A stretch of 64,000 nucleotides of DNA from an uncultured Aquiluna sp. (GCA_913775595.1 CAJYLB010000001.1:310001-374000); one strand, 5' to 3'. Counted from the first letter of the stretch, positions 26,803 to 35,368 are shown. A program made the numbers and translations. The notes: generated by a model from the sequence alone, not told the origin.

Positions 26803-27866
26803 GCGTAGAACGAATCAAGGTTGTTGGGGCTGGCCTAATTGGCACGTCCCTGGGTCTTGCGCTCTCAAAGCAGGGGATAAACGTTGGCCTGGAAAACCGC
26901 TCCAAGGCAAATCTTCGCTTGGCGATCGAATACGGAGCTGGCAGTGAGGCAGCTGGGGACTATGACGTTGTAGTGGTTTGCGTTTCCCCAGAGATGACCG
27001 CTGAGGTAGTCGCGGCGCAACTCGAGGCCCACCCAAACGCTTTGGTGACTGATGTTGCTAGCGTCAAGGCCGAAATCTCAAGGGATGTCGCAAGGCTCTC
27101 TCCAGATTCGGCCGATAGATACGTTGGATCTCACCCCATGGCAGGTAGAGAAAAGGGTGGACCAGGGGCTGCGCGGGCAGACCTGTTCTTCGCAAGGCCT
27201 TGGGTAATTACTCCGACTGCAGATGCAGCAAAGGAGTCAGTTGACAGGCTAAAGGGCCTTGCAAATCAGCTCGGCGCATTGCCAGTTGTAATGAGCCCGG
27301 AAGAGCATGACGAGGCTGTCGCCCTTGTTTCTCATCTGCCACAACTGGTCTCGTCTGCTTTAGCTGCGAGGTTGCAGGGGGCCAAAGACCAGCAGCTAAA
27401 TTTATCTGGGCAAGGTCTTAGAGATGCCTCGCGAATTGCCTCTAGCGACCCAGACCTTTGGCTTCAGATTCTCTCGCAGAACTCTCGTCTGGTGGCGCCG
27501 CTTTTGGCTGAGTTCAAGAACGACATCACGGAACTCGTCGAGAGTCTTGAGAATCTCGACGCTTCCGGTTCCCTTGCGAAGCTCCATAGCCTTCTCGAAA
27601 GGGGAAACGCGGGAGTTTCAAGGATTCCTGGTAAGCACGGTGGCAAGTTCGTTGACTACCACCTCCTCACAGTTGTCATCGACGACAGTCCTGGTGCGCT
27701 GGCGTCACTTCTAACCTTCATAGGTGAGGTTGGGGTGAACATTGAAGACCTGAAGCTTGAGCACTCGCCTGGGGCTGAAATTGGCCTAGTTGAGATTCAG
27801 GTCTTACCCGAGGCCTCCGAGAGGCTAAGTGCCCAGCTCACACAAAACGGATGGCGACTGGTCTGA
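26799..27866 (+). CDS. tyrA: Prephenate dehydrogenase with C-terminal ACT domain
   Basis: GAGLIGTS, DVASVK, HPMAGRE, HDEAVALVSHLPQ and ACT segment DSPGAL..VNIED. Confidence 0.92.
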   Translation: MSVERIKVVGAGLIGTSLGLALSKQGINVGLENRSKANLRLAIEYGAGSEAAGDYDVVVVCVSPEMTAEVVAAQLEAHPNALVTDVASVKAEISRDVARLSPDSADRYVGSHPMAGREKGGPGAARADLFFARPWVITPTADAAKESVDRLKGLANQLGALPVVMSPEEHDEAVALVSHLPQLVSSALAARLQGAKDQQLNLSGQGLRDASRIASSDPDLWLQILSQNSRLVAPLLAEFKNDITELVESLENLDASGSLAKLHSLLERGNAGVSRIPGKHGGKFVDYHLLTVVIDDSPGALASLLTFIGEVGVNIEDLKLEHSPGAEIGLVEIQVLPEASERLSAQLTQNGWRLV

Positions 27867-28498
27867 TGACTTTCACAGTTGCGATTGACGGACCTGCTGG
27901 TTCGGGTAAGTCCAGCGTTTCGAAGGCGGTTGCTCAAAGACTTGGTTTCGGTTATCTCGACACAGGTGCCGGCTACAGAGCCTTCACACTTCACGCAATT
28001 AGCAATCCCAAGAGCTCATTGGAGCAGCTAGCCGCAACTTTTGATTACGCAATTTCTTTAGATCCGGTCCAGTCTTGGGTGAAGCTCTCAGGCCAGGATG
28101 TTACGACTGATATTCGCACCCAAGAAGTGGCATCACGGGTGTCTGAATATGCCAGAGAGCAAGTGGTTAGGGAGCTTCAGCATCAAGATTCGAAGTCAAG
28201 AGTCGCGGAATGTTCATTGCCGGGGGTCGTGGCAGAGGGCCGCGACCTAACTTCAGTGGTGTTTATCGATGCCGAGGTAAGAATCCTCCTCACCGCAAGT
28301 GAAGAGGTGAGGCTCCAACGAAGGGGTGCAGAGGAAACAGAGAGCGGAGCAAACCTTCGAGCCAGAGATGCATCAGATTCCAAGGTTGTTGAGTTCATGG
28401 TGCCGGCAGAGGGCGTGGTCCTAGTCGACACGTCAGACCTAAATTTTGATCAAAGCGTCGAGGCTGTACTGGCCGAAATCGAAAAGGTACGCGCATGA
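27866..28498 (+). CDS. cmk: Cytidylate kinase
   Basis: [20 protein letters not shown] and EGRD. Start ATG 27866 overlaps the tyrA stop (TGATG). Confidence 0.94.
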   Translation: MTFTVAIDGPAGSGKSSVSKAVAQRLGFGYLDTGAGYRAFTLHAISNPKSSLEQLAATFDYAISLDPVQSWVKLSGQDVTTDIRTQEVASRVSEYAREQVVRELQHQDSKSRVAECSLPGVVAEGRDLTSVVFIDAEVRILLTASEEVRLQRRGAEETESGANLRARDASDSKVVEFMVPAEGVVLVDTSDLNFDQSVEAVLAEIEKVRA

Positions 28499-29943
28499 GC
28501 GATGAAGAGCTGGAGGTTGCCCAGGCGAATCTCATGCGAGACGAGCTGCAGTCCTATGAGCTAGAAGATGATGACATTGAGATTCTTGAGACTGAGCTCG
28601 ACGAGTATGGACTGGAGACTTACCTCCCTTCACCTCCTGTCTTGGCGGTAGTTGGCAGGCCCAACGTTGGCAAATCCGCTCTAGTTAATCGAATCCTTGG
28701 TCGCCGGGAGGCGGTAGTTGAGGATAAGCCTGGAATCACTAGAGACCGAGTAACCTACCGCGCCGACTGGAACGGCAGGCAAATCTCGCTGGTAGATACA
28801 GGCGGCTGGGAGATCGACGCCGAGGGTATTGACTTCTCGGTTGCCGAGCAGGCCGAGATTGCAGTTGAGCTCGCCGATGCCGTGTTGTTTGTTGTAGACG
28901 CCATGGTTGGACCCACTGCCTCCGATGAGCACGTTGTCAAGATGCTCAGATCCTCCGGAAAGCCTGTATTGCTCGTTGCCAACAAAATCGATGATTCTCA
29001 TCTAGAGCCTGAAGCAGCAGCGCTATGGTCTCTTGGTTTAGGTGAACCGTTTCCGGTATCTGCTCTCCACGGCAGGGGAGTAGCTGACCTTTTGGACGCA
29101 GCGCTAAAGGTCCTGCCTGAGCAATCAAGGATCGCGCCGGATCAGTACGTGGGGCCTAGGAGAGTCGCGCTCATTGGAAGACCAAATGTTGGTAAGTCGT
29201 CACTATTGAATAAGGCAACCGGCACTAATCGGGCAGTTGTGAACGATCTTGCCGGTACGACCCGTGATCCAGTAGACGAGCAAGTCGAGATTGCAGGCAA
29301 GATCTGGAGGTTTGTCGACACCGCGGGTATTCGTCGGCGCATGCATCGTCAAAAGGGCGCAGACTTTTACGCCTCACTCAGAACCGCTGCTGCTCTCGAG
29401 CGCGCTGAGGTTGCGGTTGTTCTGTTCGATGTGACGGAGCCGATCAGTGAAGCTGACATTCGTATCGTGCAGTTGGCGCTTGATTCGGGAAGAGCGCTGG
29501 TCCTCGCGTTCAACAAGTGGGACATGCTTGATGAGGAGAGGCGAATCTACCTTGAGAAGGAGATCGAGTCAGAGCTCGCACACGTCGATTGGGCTCCGAG
29601 GGTAAACCTCTCGGCTCTGACCGGACGACACCTAGAGAAACTAGTGCCGGCTTTGGAGCTTGCTCTTAGTAACTGGGACAAGCGAATACCTACCGGAAAG
29701 ATCAACGCATTCCTTCAGGAGCTACAGGCCGCAAACCCTCACCCAATTAGGGGCGGCAAGCAGCCACGAATTCTTTTCGGCACGCAAGCTGCATCCAGGC
29801 CCCCAAAATTTGTATTGTTCGCGAGCGGTTTTTTGGAGGCTGGCTATCGACGCTTCATTGTTAGGAAGCTCCGTGAGCTCTATGGCTTTGATGGCACTCC
29901 AGTAGAGATAGGTGTGAGGGTGAGGGAGAAGAGGTCAAGGTGA
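28495..29943 (+). CDS. der: Ribosome biogenesis GTPase Der (EngA)
   Basis: Two GRPNVGKS G-domains, DTGG/DTAG and NKID/NKWD. Confidence 0.97.
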   Translation: MSDEELEVAQANLMRDELQSYELEDDDIEILETELDEYGLETYLPSPPVLAVVGRPNVGKSALVNRILGRREAVVEDKPGITRDRVTYRADWNGRQISLVDTGGWEIDAEGIDFSVAEQAEIAVELADAVLFVVDAMVGPTASDEHVVKMLRSSGKPVLLVANKIDDSHLEPEAAALWSLGLGEPFPVSALHGRGVADLLDAALKVLPEQSRIAPDQYVGPRRVALIGRPNVGKSSLLNKATGTNRAVVNDLAGTTRDPVDEQVEIAGKIWRFVDTAGIRRRMHRQKGADFYASLRTAAALERAEVAVVLFDVTEPISEADIRIVQLALDSGRALVLAFNKWDMLDEERRIYLEKEIESELAHVDWAPRVNLSALTGRHLEKLVPALELALSNWDKRIPTGKINAFLQELQAANPHPIRGGKQPRILFGTQAASRPPKFVLFASGFLEAGYRRFIVRKLRELYGFDGTPVEIGVRVREKRSR

Positions 29944-30797
29944 TTGCCAACCTCATTCGCGGACTGCTTATTGGAACAGCTGAAGTAATTCCAGGGGTAT
30001 CCGGTGGCACCATCGCCCTGATTGTTGGCATCTACGAGCGCGTCATCGGCTCAGCTGCAATTGCTGTGGATGCCGCCCTCCTTGTTCTCAGAGGCAGATT
30101 CAAAGACTCAAAGGATCTCTGGAAAGGTATCGACTGGGGTCTGATTTTGCCGGTTCTTGCCGGAATGTTTGCCGCGATTTTTGCAGCGGCATCGATAATC
30201 GAACCGCTGTTGGAAAGTCAGCCTGAAAATATGCGGGCGTTGTTCGCCGGATTGATCCTGGTGTCATTGGTGGTTCCTTACAAAATGGTTGGCAGTGCCT
30301 GGGTTGCCAAAGATTTTCTGATTGGCACTGCTGCTGCGGCAGTCGCCTTTGGCCTTGTTAGCTTGCCAAGGCAAGAAGTGATGAATCCGAATTTAGTTCT
30401 TGTATTTCTGGTTGCTTCCGTCGCGGTCTGCGCTCTAGTTCTGCCCGGGGTATCCGGCTCATTTCTATTGCTGGCGATGGGTTTCTATGCCCCGACAATT
30501 GCTGCGGTGAACGATCTCGACCTTGCTTACCTTGGAATGTTTGTTGCAGGTGCAGTTATTGGTCTTGCAGTCTTCGCCAAAGTCCTCAGAAGGCTGCTAG
30601 TCAATCGGCGCAGGGTGACACTTGTCGTCATGACCGGTTTGATGTTTGGGTCGCTCAGAGCTCTTTGGCCTTGGCAGGATGAGTCGGGGAGAGCTCTGGA
30701 GGCAGCTAGCTTTGAACCGCTGGGCTATTTTCTTCTGGGAGCAGTAATAGTTGCGGTGCTCACGTGGGTTCAATCAAGGGCCACAAAAGCCCAATAG
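29940..30797 (+). CDS. DUF368 family membrane protein (putative undecaprenyl-phosphate translocase)
   Basis: Two PGVSG(G/S) repeats ([21 protein letters not shown]), multiple TM helices and GSLRALWPW. Confidence 0.88.
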   Translation: MIANLIRGLLIGTAEVIPGVSGGTIALIVGIYERVIGSAAIAVDAALLVLRGRFKDSKDLWKGIDWGLILPVLAGMFAAIFAAASIIEPLLESQPENMRALFAGLILVSLVVPYKMVGSAWVAKDFLIGTAAAAVAFGLVSLPRQEVMNPNLVLVFLVASVAVCALVLPGVSGSFLLLAMGFYAPTIAAVNDLDLAYLGMFVAGAVIGLAVFAKVLRRLLVNRRRVTLVVMTGLMFGSLRALWPWQDESGRALEAASFEPLGYFLLGAVIVAVLTWVQSRATKAQ

Positions 30798-30812
30798 ACT
30801 TACCTTCTGAAG

Positions 30813-30886
30813 CGGGCTGTGGCGCAGCTTGGTAGCGCACTTGTCTGGGGGACAAGGGGTCGTGGGTTCAAATCCCGCCAGCCCGA
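30813..30886 (+). tRNA. tRNA-Pro(GGG)
   Basis: Acceptor stem CGGGCTG/CAGCCCG, D-arm GCGCAGCTTGGTAGCGC, anticodon arm CTTGT-CTGGGGG-ACAAG and T-loop GGTTCAAATCC. CCA is not encoded. Confidence 0.97.
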
Positions 30887-30969
30887 CTCTAACCACTTAC
30901 CAACTGAGAGTTTCATGGGAATCGCCCCCCCTCCTTAGGGGCCGAAGAGCGCCGAATTAGGGTTGGGTG

Positions 30970-32448
30970 ATGCGCAAAGCCCTCACGATCTCGGGAATTC
31001 TCGTCACAGTCGGTCTAGTAGCAGTCGTTACAACGAACTCGCTTCCTTCACTCGTTGATCAAAGTGCAGGAGATCGTGCGGTGTTGGCGATACCACCGCT
31101 TGCGGAATCTCAAGTGGTTGAGGGCATCAGGGTTTTCGATCTTTCACTTCAGACCGGCGAGACAGAGATCTTGAAAGGCACGACCACTCCCACTTGGGGT
31201 GTCAACGCAAGTTATCTGGCGCCAACGATTCGTGCCGCCGAGGGTGAGACCGTTCAGATCAATGTTTCAAATCGGCTGCCTGAGGACACAACCATGCACT
31301 GGCATGGCTTGCATGTCCCTGCCATGATGGACGGCGGCCCGCATCAGCCAATCCTCATTGGAGAGACCTGGTCGCCTTCCTGGCTAGTAGACCAGGAAGC
31401 CTCAACAAATTGGTACCATCCCCATCTTCACGGTCGATCCGAGGCGCATGTGAAAAACGGGCTTGTTGGCATGTTCATCGTCGACGACGCTTCAGAGGCT
31501 CAATCTGAGCTTCCCAAAGCCTACGGGTTGGATGATATCCCTCTCATCATTCATGATTCTCCAGAGGAACTCTCAACCCAAGGTCCTATTGGGGCCTTTT
31601 TTGATCGCATCTTCGGTAACCGAGAGGGCGACGCTCTAACGCTTGTCAACGGCATTCCTGAGCCGGAGTTCACTGTGAAAACTGAGTTGGTTCGTTTCCG
31701 GCTGCTCAATGGCTCGATCGGCGATGTCTTCACTCTGTCTTTTTCTGATAATCGTGAATTTTCAATCATTGCATCCGAGGGCGGACTATTTGGAGCACCC
31801 ATAAAGGCTAAAGAGATTCAGATGTCTCCTGGAGAGAGATACGAGATTGTCGTGGAGTTCAAGCCCGGTGGCAATGTTGCACTGTTGAAATCGATTGTTG
31901 ATGAGGGTAACGATGATGCCCCTGCGACTTCCCTCCTGCACCTAAGCACAGAGTCAGCTTTGCAGCCGTCAAAGGGTTTGCCAGTGGAATTCGCAGCGCT
32001 GCCGCCAGTGGACCTCGACTCAGTTTCAAGGGTAAGAACCTTTGAGATGTCGGGGGTCGAAATAAATGGCTTGATGATGAACATGGATCGCATAGACCAG
32101 GTAGTTCATGCAGGCTCCAGTGAAATTTGGTCAGTGACAAACATTGACCGTTTTGAGTTTCATAATTTCCATGTGCACGGAGTCTCATTTCGGATTCTCG
32201 AGATTGACGGCGAGCAGCCAGCTGACTATTTGGCTTCTGCCAAGGACACAGTTTTTATTCCTCCAAACACAGAGGTGAAGCTATTCGTCACATTCCCAGA
32301 CAGTGCGAGCGACGGTTGGCCGTTCATGTTCCATTGCCATTTTTTGCGTCACGAAGGAAGAGGGATGATGGGGCAGTATCTTGTGGTCGAGGCGAACCAG
32401 AGCCTGGATCCAGAGGACCATAAGATTGCGTCGGGAATGTCACACTGA
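30970..32448 (+). CDS. Multicopper oxidase (CueO/laccase-like), N-terminal signal or anchor
   Basis: All four Cu-binding motifs are present: HWHG, WYHPH, HNFHVHG and HCHFLRHE..GMM. Hydrophobic N-terminus. TAGGGT -10 lies 6 nt before ATG 30970 (track start is GTG 30967). Confidence 0.93.
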   Translation: MRKALTISGILVTVGLVAVVTTNSLPSLVDQSAGDRAVLAIPPLAESQVVEGIRVFDLSLQTGETEILKGTTTPTWGVNASYLAPTIRAAEGETVQINVSNRLPEDTTMHWHGLHVPAMMDGGPHQPILIGETWSPSWLVDQEASTNWYHPHLHGRSEAHVKNGLVGMFIVDDASEAQSELPKAYGLDDIPLIIHDSPEELSTQGPIGAFFDRIFGNREGDALTLVNGIPEPEFTVKTELVRFRLLNGSIGDVFTLSFSDNREFSIIASEGGLFGAPIKAKEIQMSPGERYEIVVEFKPGGNVALLKSIVDEGNDDAPATSLLHLSTESALQPSKGLPVEFAALPPVDLDSVSRVRTFEMSGVEINGLMMNMDRIDQVVHAGSSEIWSVTNIDRFEFHNFHVHGVSFRILEIDGEQPADYLASAKDTVFIPPNTEVKLFVTFPDSASDGWPFMFHCHFLRHEGRGMMGQYLVVEANQSLDPEDHKIASGMSH

Positions 32449-32466
32449 TCAATCCCGGAAACGACA

Positions 32467-32638
32467 TGTTCCCCCAGATGTTCCCCCACCTGAGCACATT
32501 TCGCTGATGTTCGCCTGTGTTCTTGAGTGTTCGCACCCTGAAAAACACTGGAAAAATGAACACCAGCGAACAGCTACGAACAACCTGCACTTAACTGGGG
32601 GACAAGGGGTCGTGGGTTCAAATCCCGCCAGCCCGACT
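32467..32638 (+). repeat. att-like module copy 1 (128-bp arm + 44-bp tRNA-Pro 3' half)
   Basis: TGTTCCCCCAG-A-TGTTCCCCCAC, 3x TGTTC(G/T) and 3x (C/T)GAACA at 10-bp period, then CTGGGGGACAAGGGGTCGTGGGTTCAAATCCCGCCAGCCCGACT, identical to 30845-30888. Confidence 0.95.
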
Positions 32639-32650
32639 CGAGCCGCCCTT

Positions 32651-32953
32651 CTATTTGTTGTTTTCCCTTGCCCTAACGAGCCACCTACCAAATAGAGCTG
32701 TTGTCGAGGTAACGATCAACCAGAAAGGTACTCCCGGGAGACCTGTTCTAAGCACAAACATGACATTCAGGCTGATGTAAAGCAACCCTGCAATTACTCC
32801 CAAGGGGAACCTCACAGAGAGAGAAACTTTTCGGCTGAAACCAACCGCCGCAAGCACAATTACGCTGGCCGCAATTCTCTCGTATTCGATTAGGCCTAGT
32901 GCTAGGTGAAGAACTAGGTCAACGAGTTGTATGGCAATTATGTAAGGGATCAC
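32651..32953 (-). CDS. Small hypothetical membrane protein (100 aa, 3-4 TM), cargo of cassette 2
   Basis: Hydrophobic ORF that fills the space between the two att modules. TAGGGT -10 lies 6 nt upstream of the GTG. Confidence 0.7.
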   Translation of the reverse strand: MIPYIIAIQLVDLVLHLALGLIEYERIAASVIVLAAVGFSRKVSLSVRFPLGVIAGLLYISLNVMFVLRTGLPGVPFWLIVTSTTALFGRWLVRARENNK

Positions 32954-33008
32954 TGCTTCACCCTAACACCCGGTCTCGAGACAAGCTGCTCGCTGAAGTG
33001 GTCGTTAG

Positions 33009-33179
33009 TGTTCCCCCAGATGTTCCCCCACCTGAGTACTTTTCGCTGATGTTCGCCTGTGTTCGTGAGTGTTCGCACCCTTGAAAACACTGGAAAAACG
33101 AACACCAGCGAACAGCTACGAACAACCTGCACTTAACTGGGGGAAAGGGGTCGTGGGTTCAAATCCCGCCAGCCCGACT
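33009..33179 (+). repeat. att-like module copy 2 (128-bp arm + 43-bp tRNA-Pro 3' half)
   Basis: The arm differs from copy 1 at 6 of 128 positions (hand count). The tRNA part has a 1-bp deletion (GGGGGAAAGGGG). Confidence 0.95.
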
Positions 33180-33180
33180 T

Positions 33181-33831
33181 CTAGTCGCCAGATGTTCCGT
33201 AAAGCCTGTCTCCCGCATCTCCCAGACCAGGGACAATGTAGCCGATCTCGTTGAGCTTCTCGTCGAGTGCGGCTAAATGAACGCTTACGTTTTTTTGCGG
33301 CCAGCTCTGAATTACGTGTTTGGTCACTGCTTCAACGCCTTCAGGTGCACCGAGTAGACAAATGCATGTTGCACTCTCTGCTCCGCGCTCAAAGGCATAG
33401 TCCAGGGAATCGTTGAGCGTGCCGCCAGTTGCGAGCATTGGATCAATCAAAATCACTTGGCGACCGGTTAGATCATCCGGAAGACGGTTCGCGTAAGTTT
33501 CCGGCTGCAAAGTCTCTTCGTTGCGCTTAATACCTAGGAATCCAACTTCGGCATCGGGCAAGAGCTTGGTGATACCCGATAGCATGCCAAGCCCTGCCCT
33601 GAGTATGGGAATAATCAAAGGAGCTGGGCTGGCCAGTCTGACCCCATTTGTCAGTGTAAGTGGGGTCTCAACCTCCACCTCCTCAGTGGCAAGAGTCTTT
33701 GTCGCCTCGAAGGTGAGAAGGGTTACAAGTTCTTCGACTAACTGCCTAAATTGACTACTAGACGTGTTTTTGTCCCTGAGTAGGGTGACTTTGTGGGAAA
33801 TCAGCGGATGGTCGGCAACGAATAATTCCAT
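33181..33831 (-). CDS. upp: Uracil phosphoribosyltransferase
   Basis: PILRAGLGM, DPMLATGGT and GYIVPGLGDAGDR. Confidence 0.97.
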   Translation of the reverse strand: MELFVADHPLISHKVTLLRDKNTSSSQFRQLVEELVTLLTFEATKTLATEEVEVETPLTLTNGVRLASPAPLIIPILRAGLGMLSGITKLLPDAEVGFLGIKRNEETLQPETYANRLPDDLTGRQVILIDPMLATGGTLNDSLDYAFERGAESATCICLLGAPEGVEAVTKHVIQSWPQKNVSVHLAALDEKLNEIGYIVPGLGDAGDRLYGTSGD

Positions 33832-33870
33832 TTCCTAACTGTATCCCGCACTTGAAGTAATATCTCTCCT

Positions 33871-33922
33871 GTCACCAGGATCGGAGCCCCGCGGGTGATA
33901 ACCAAGCGGAAGGCTCAATTCG
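33871..33922 (+). promoter_or_regulatory. Candidate pseudoknot riboswitch-like 5' UTR of metF
   Basis: TAATAT -10 at 33858. P1 is GTCACC/GGTGAT. P2 is GAGCC-CCGC/GCGG-AA-GGCTC and covers the RBS. Confidence 0.45.
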
Positions 33923-34756
33923 ATGCAAATCTCCTTCGAGGTATATCCACCGAGAAAAGTGGAGGATACCCCCAAGCTGCACGAGGCGATTCTGCGCCTG
34001 TCAGAGCTAAGCCCAGAGTTCATTTCGGTCACGTTTGGTGCAGGTGGCTCCAGCACACGTGACTCCTTGAGTGTCCTGAAATTCATTCGAGATAACTCGG
34101 GAGCTTCACCCCTCGCTCACCTAACTTGCGTCGGAACCACAGAACAGGACGCGCGGTCTTTGGTGGGGGAGTTTTTGGCCGAGGGCATTCATGACTTTTT
34201 AGCGCTCAGGGGAGATCTACCCGAAGGTCAGACTTCGATGCCTCCAGGCAGGCTGTCAAGAGCGGATCAACTCGTGAGCCTCATTGAAGAGTTGCGACCT
34301 GGACAGCTAGGCAAGACAGCGGTGGCTGCTTTCCCCAATGGACACCCAGAGTCAGGCCAGGAAAGAACAGACATTGATGCTCTGCTTGCCAAGCAGGAGG
34401 CTGGAGCCGACTTCGCCATCACGCAGCTCTTTTTCTTTGCTCAGGACTATCTTCGGTTCGTTGATCTCGCGCGGGCAAAGGGAGTTGAGATTGACCTCAT
34501 CCCGGGCATCATGCCAATCGTCTCGCCGACGAGACTCTCAAGAGTTTTAGAGCTATCGGGAGAGAGTGAGCCAAAGGCCCTGGCCGAGGATCTTCGCAGC
34601 GCACCGGACGCTGAAGCTCGTCGTAGAGCCGGTATTGAATGGGCCGCGAATCAGGTGAGGGATCTCAGGGACGCTGGTGTTGAGTCTGTGCACCTCTACG
34701 CATTCAATGAATATGCAAACGTGACTGAGGTGCTGAGAAGAGCTGGAGTCGCCTAA
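33923..34756 (+). CDS. metF: Methylenetetrahydrofolate reductase
   Basis: SFEVYPP, FISVTFGAGGS, AHLTCV, LALRGD, AITQLFF and IPGIMPI. Confidence 0.94.
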   Translation: MQISFEVYPPRKVEDTPKLHEAILRLSELSPEFISVTFGAGGSSTRDSLSVLKFIRDNSGASPLAHLTCVGTTEQDARSLVGEFLAEGIHDFLALRGDLPEGQTSMPPGRLSRADQLVSLIEELRPGQLGKTAVAAFPNGHPESGQERTDIDALLAKQEAGADFAITQLFFFAQDYLRFVDLARAKGVEIDLIPGIMPIVSPTRLSRVLELSGESEPKALAEDLRSAPDAEARRRAGIEWAANQVRDLRDAGVESVHLYAFNEYANVTEVLRRAGVA

Positions 34757-34769
34757 CTAGACTTTGATT

Positions 34770-35351
34770 ATGCAGCTGCGCCAAGAGCTAAAGAGCGTTC
34801 CAAACATGCTCAGCATTCTCCGGCTTTTGTTGGTGCCGGTTTTTCTTTGGCTCTTGATTGTGGATCAGTTCCTTGTTGCCTTTTTGGTTCTGATGTTTGC
34901 AAGCTTCACCGACTGGCTAGATGGCTTTATTGCCCGGAAGTACAACCAAATCACCTCACTTGGAAAGGTGCTGGACCCCTCTGCCGACAGGCTCTTCATC
35001 CTTGCCACCCTGATTGGCCTAACCGTAAACGAAATCATTCCAGCCTGGTTGGCGATAGTTATTGTGGCTCGGGACATCTTGCTGCTGATTGGCTACCCAA
35101 TCTCGGCATCCCATGGGTATGGGCCCTTACCCGTCCATTTTCTGGGTAAAGCAGCAACATTTGCTCTCCTATACGCCCTCCCGCTGCTCCTCCTGGCAGA
35201 CGTCTGGCCAAGTGCAGAGGCGGTGATTCTGCCACTCGCATGGGGCTTCGCATACTGGGGTATTGGACTGTATTGGGTGGCGGGATTTGTATACCTCGCC
35301 CAACTTCGACAATTGATTTCCCTTGAGAGGCGTTCATCCCCTAACATTTAG
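34770..35351 (+). CDS. CDP-alcohol phosphatidyltransferase (PgsA2-like)
   Basis: PNMLSILR and signature DWLDGFIAR...GKVLDPSADR. TAGACT -10 lies 6 nt before ATG 34770. Confidence 0.92.
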   Translation: MQLRQELKSVPNMLSILRLLLVPVFLWLLIVDQFLVAFLVLMFASFTDWLDGFIARKYNQITSLGKVLDPSADRLFILATLIGLTVNEIIPAWLAIVIVARDILLLIGYPISASHGYGPLPVHFLGKAATFALLYALPLLLLADVWPSAEAVILPLAWGFAYWGIGLYWVAGFVYLAQLRQLISLERRSSPNI

Positions 35352-35368
35352 TCTCTAGGGGAGGATAA

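Larger units (their letters stand above)
30845..33179. mobile_element. tRNA-Pro-anchored islet of two tandem cassettes without an integrase (1750 bp + 542 bp)
   Basis: The tRNA 3' half (30845-30888) is repeated at 32595-32638 and 33137-33179, each time preceded by the same 128-bp arm. The islet interrupts the core der/DUF368/tRNA-upp order. Confidence 0.8.

Noticed and set aside
32595..32638. Extra tRNA-Pro genes at 32595 and 33137
   Set aside because: They lack the 5' acceptor strand and D-arm, so they cannot form a cloverleaf.
33050..33124. TGTTCG/CGAACA as LexA SOS boxes
   Set aside because: The actinobacterial SOS box is CGAAC-N4-GTTCG. Here the half-sites are in the opposite order and in tandem 10-bp arrays.
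32467..33179. Repeats as a CRISPR array or IS/MITE ends
   Set aside because: Only two ~172-bp direct copies separated by a gene-sized spacer, with no cas or transposase gene and no target-site duplication. Each copy ends in a tRNA 3' half, which indicates att sites.
32324..33254. Short ORFs overlapping the repeat modules (e.g. 32324-32590, 32381-32695, 32449-32691, 32950-33132, 33069-33254)
   Set aside because: They are translations of the non-coding repeat and tRNA fragment, and their similarity to each other ends at the repeat boundary.
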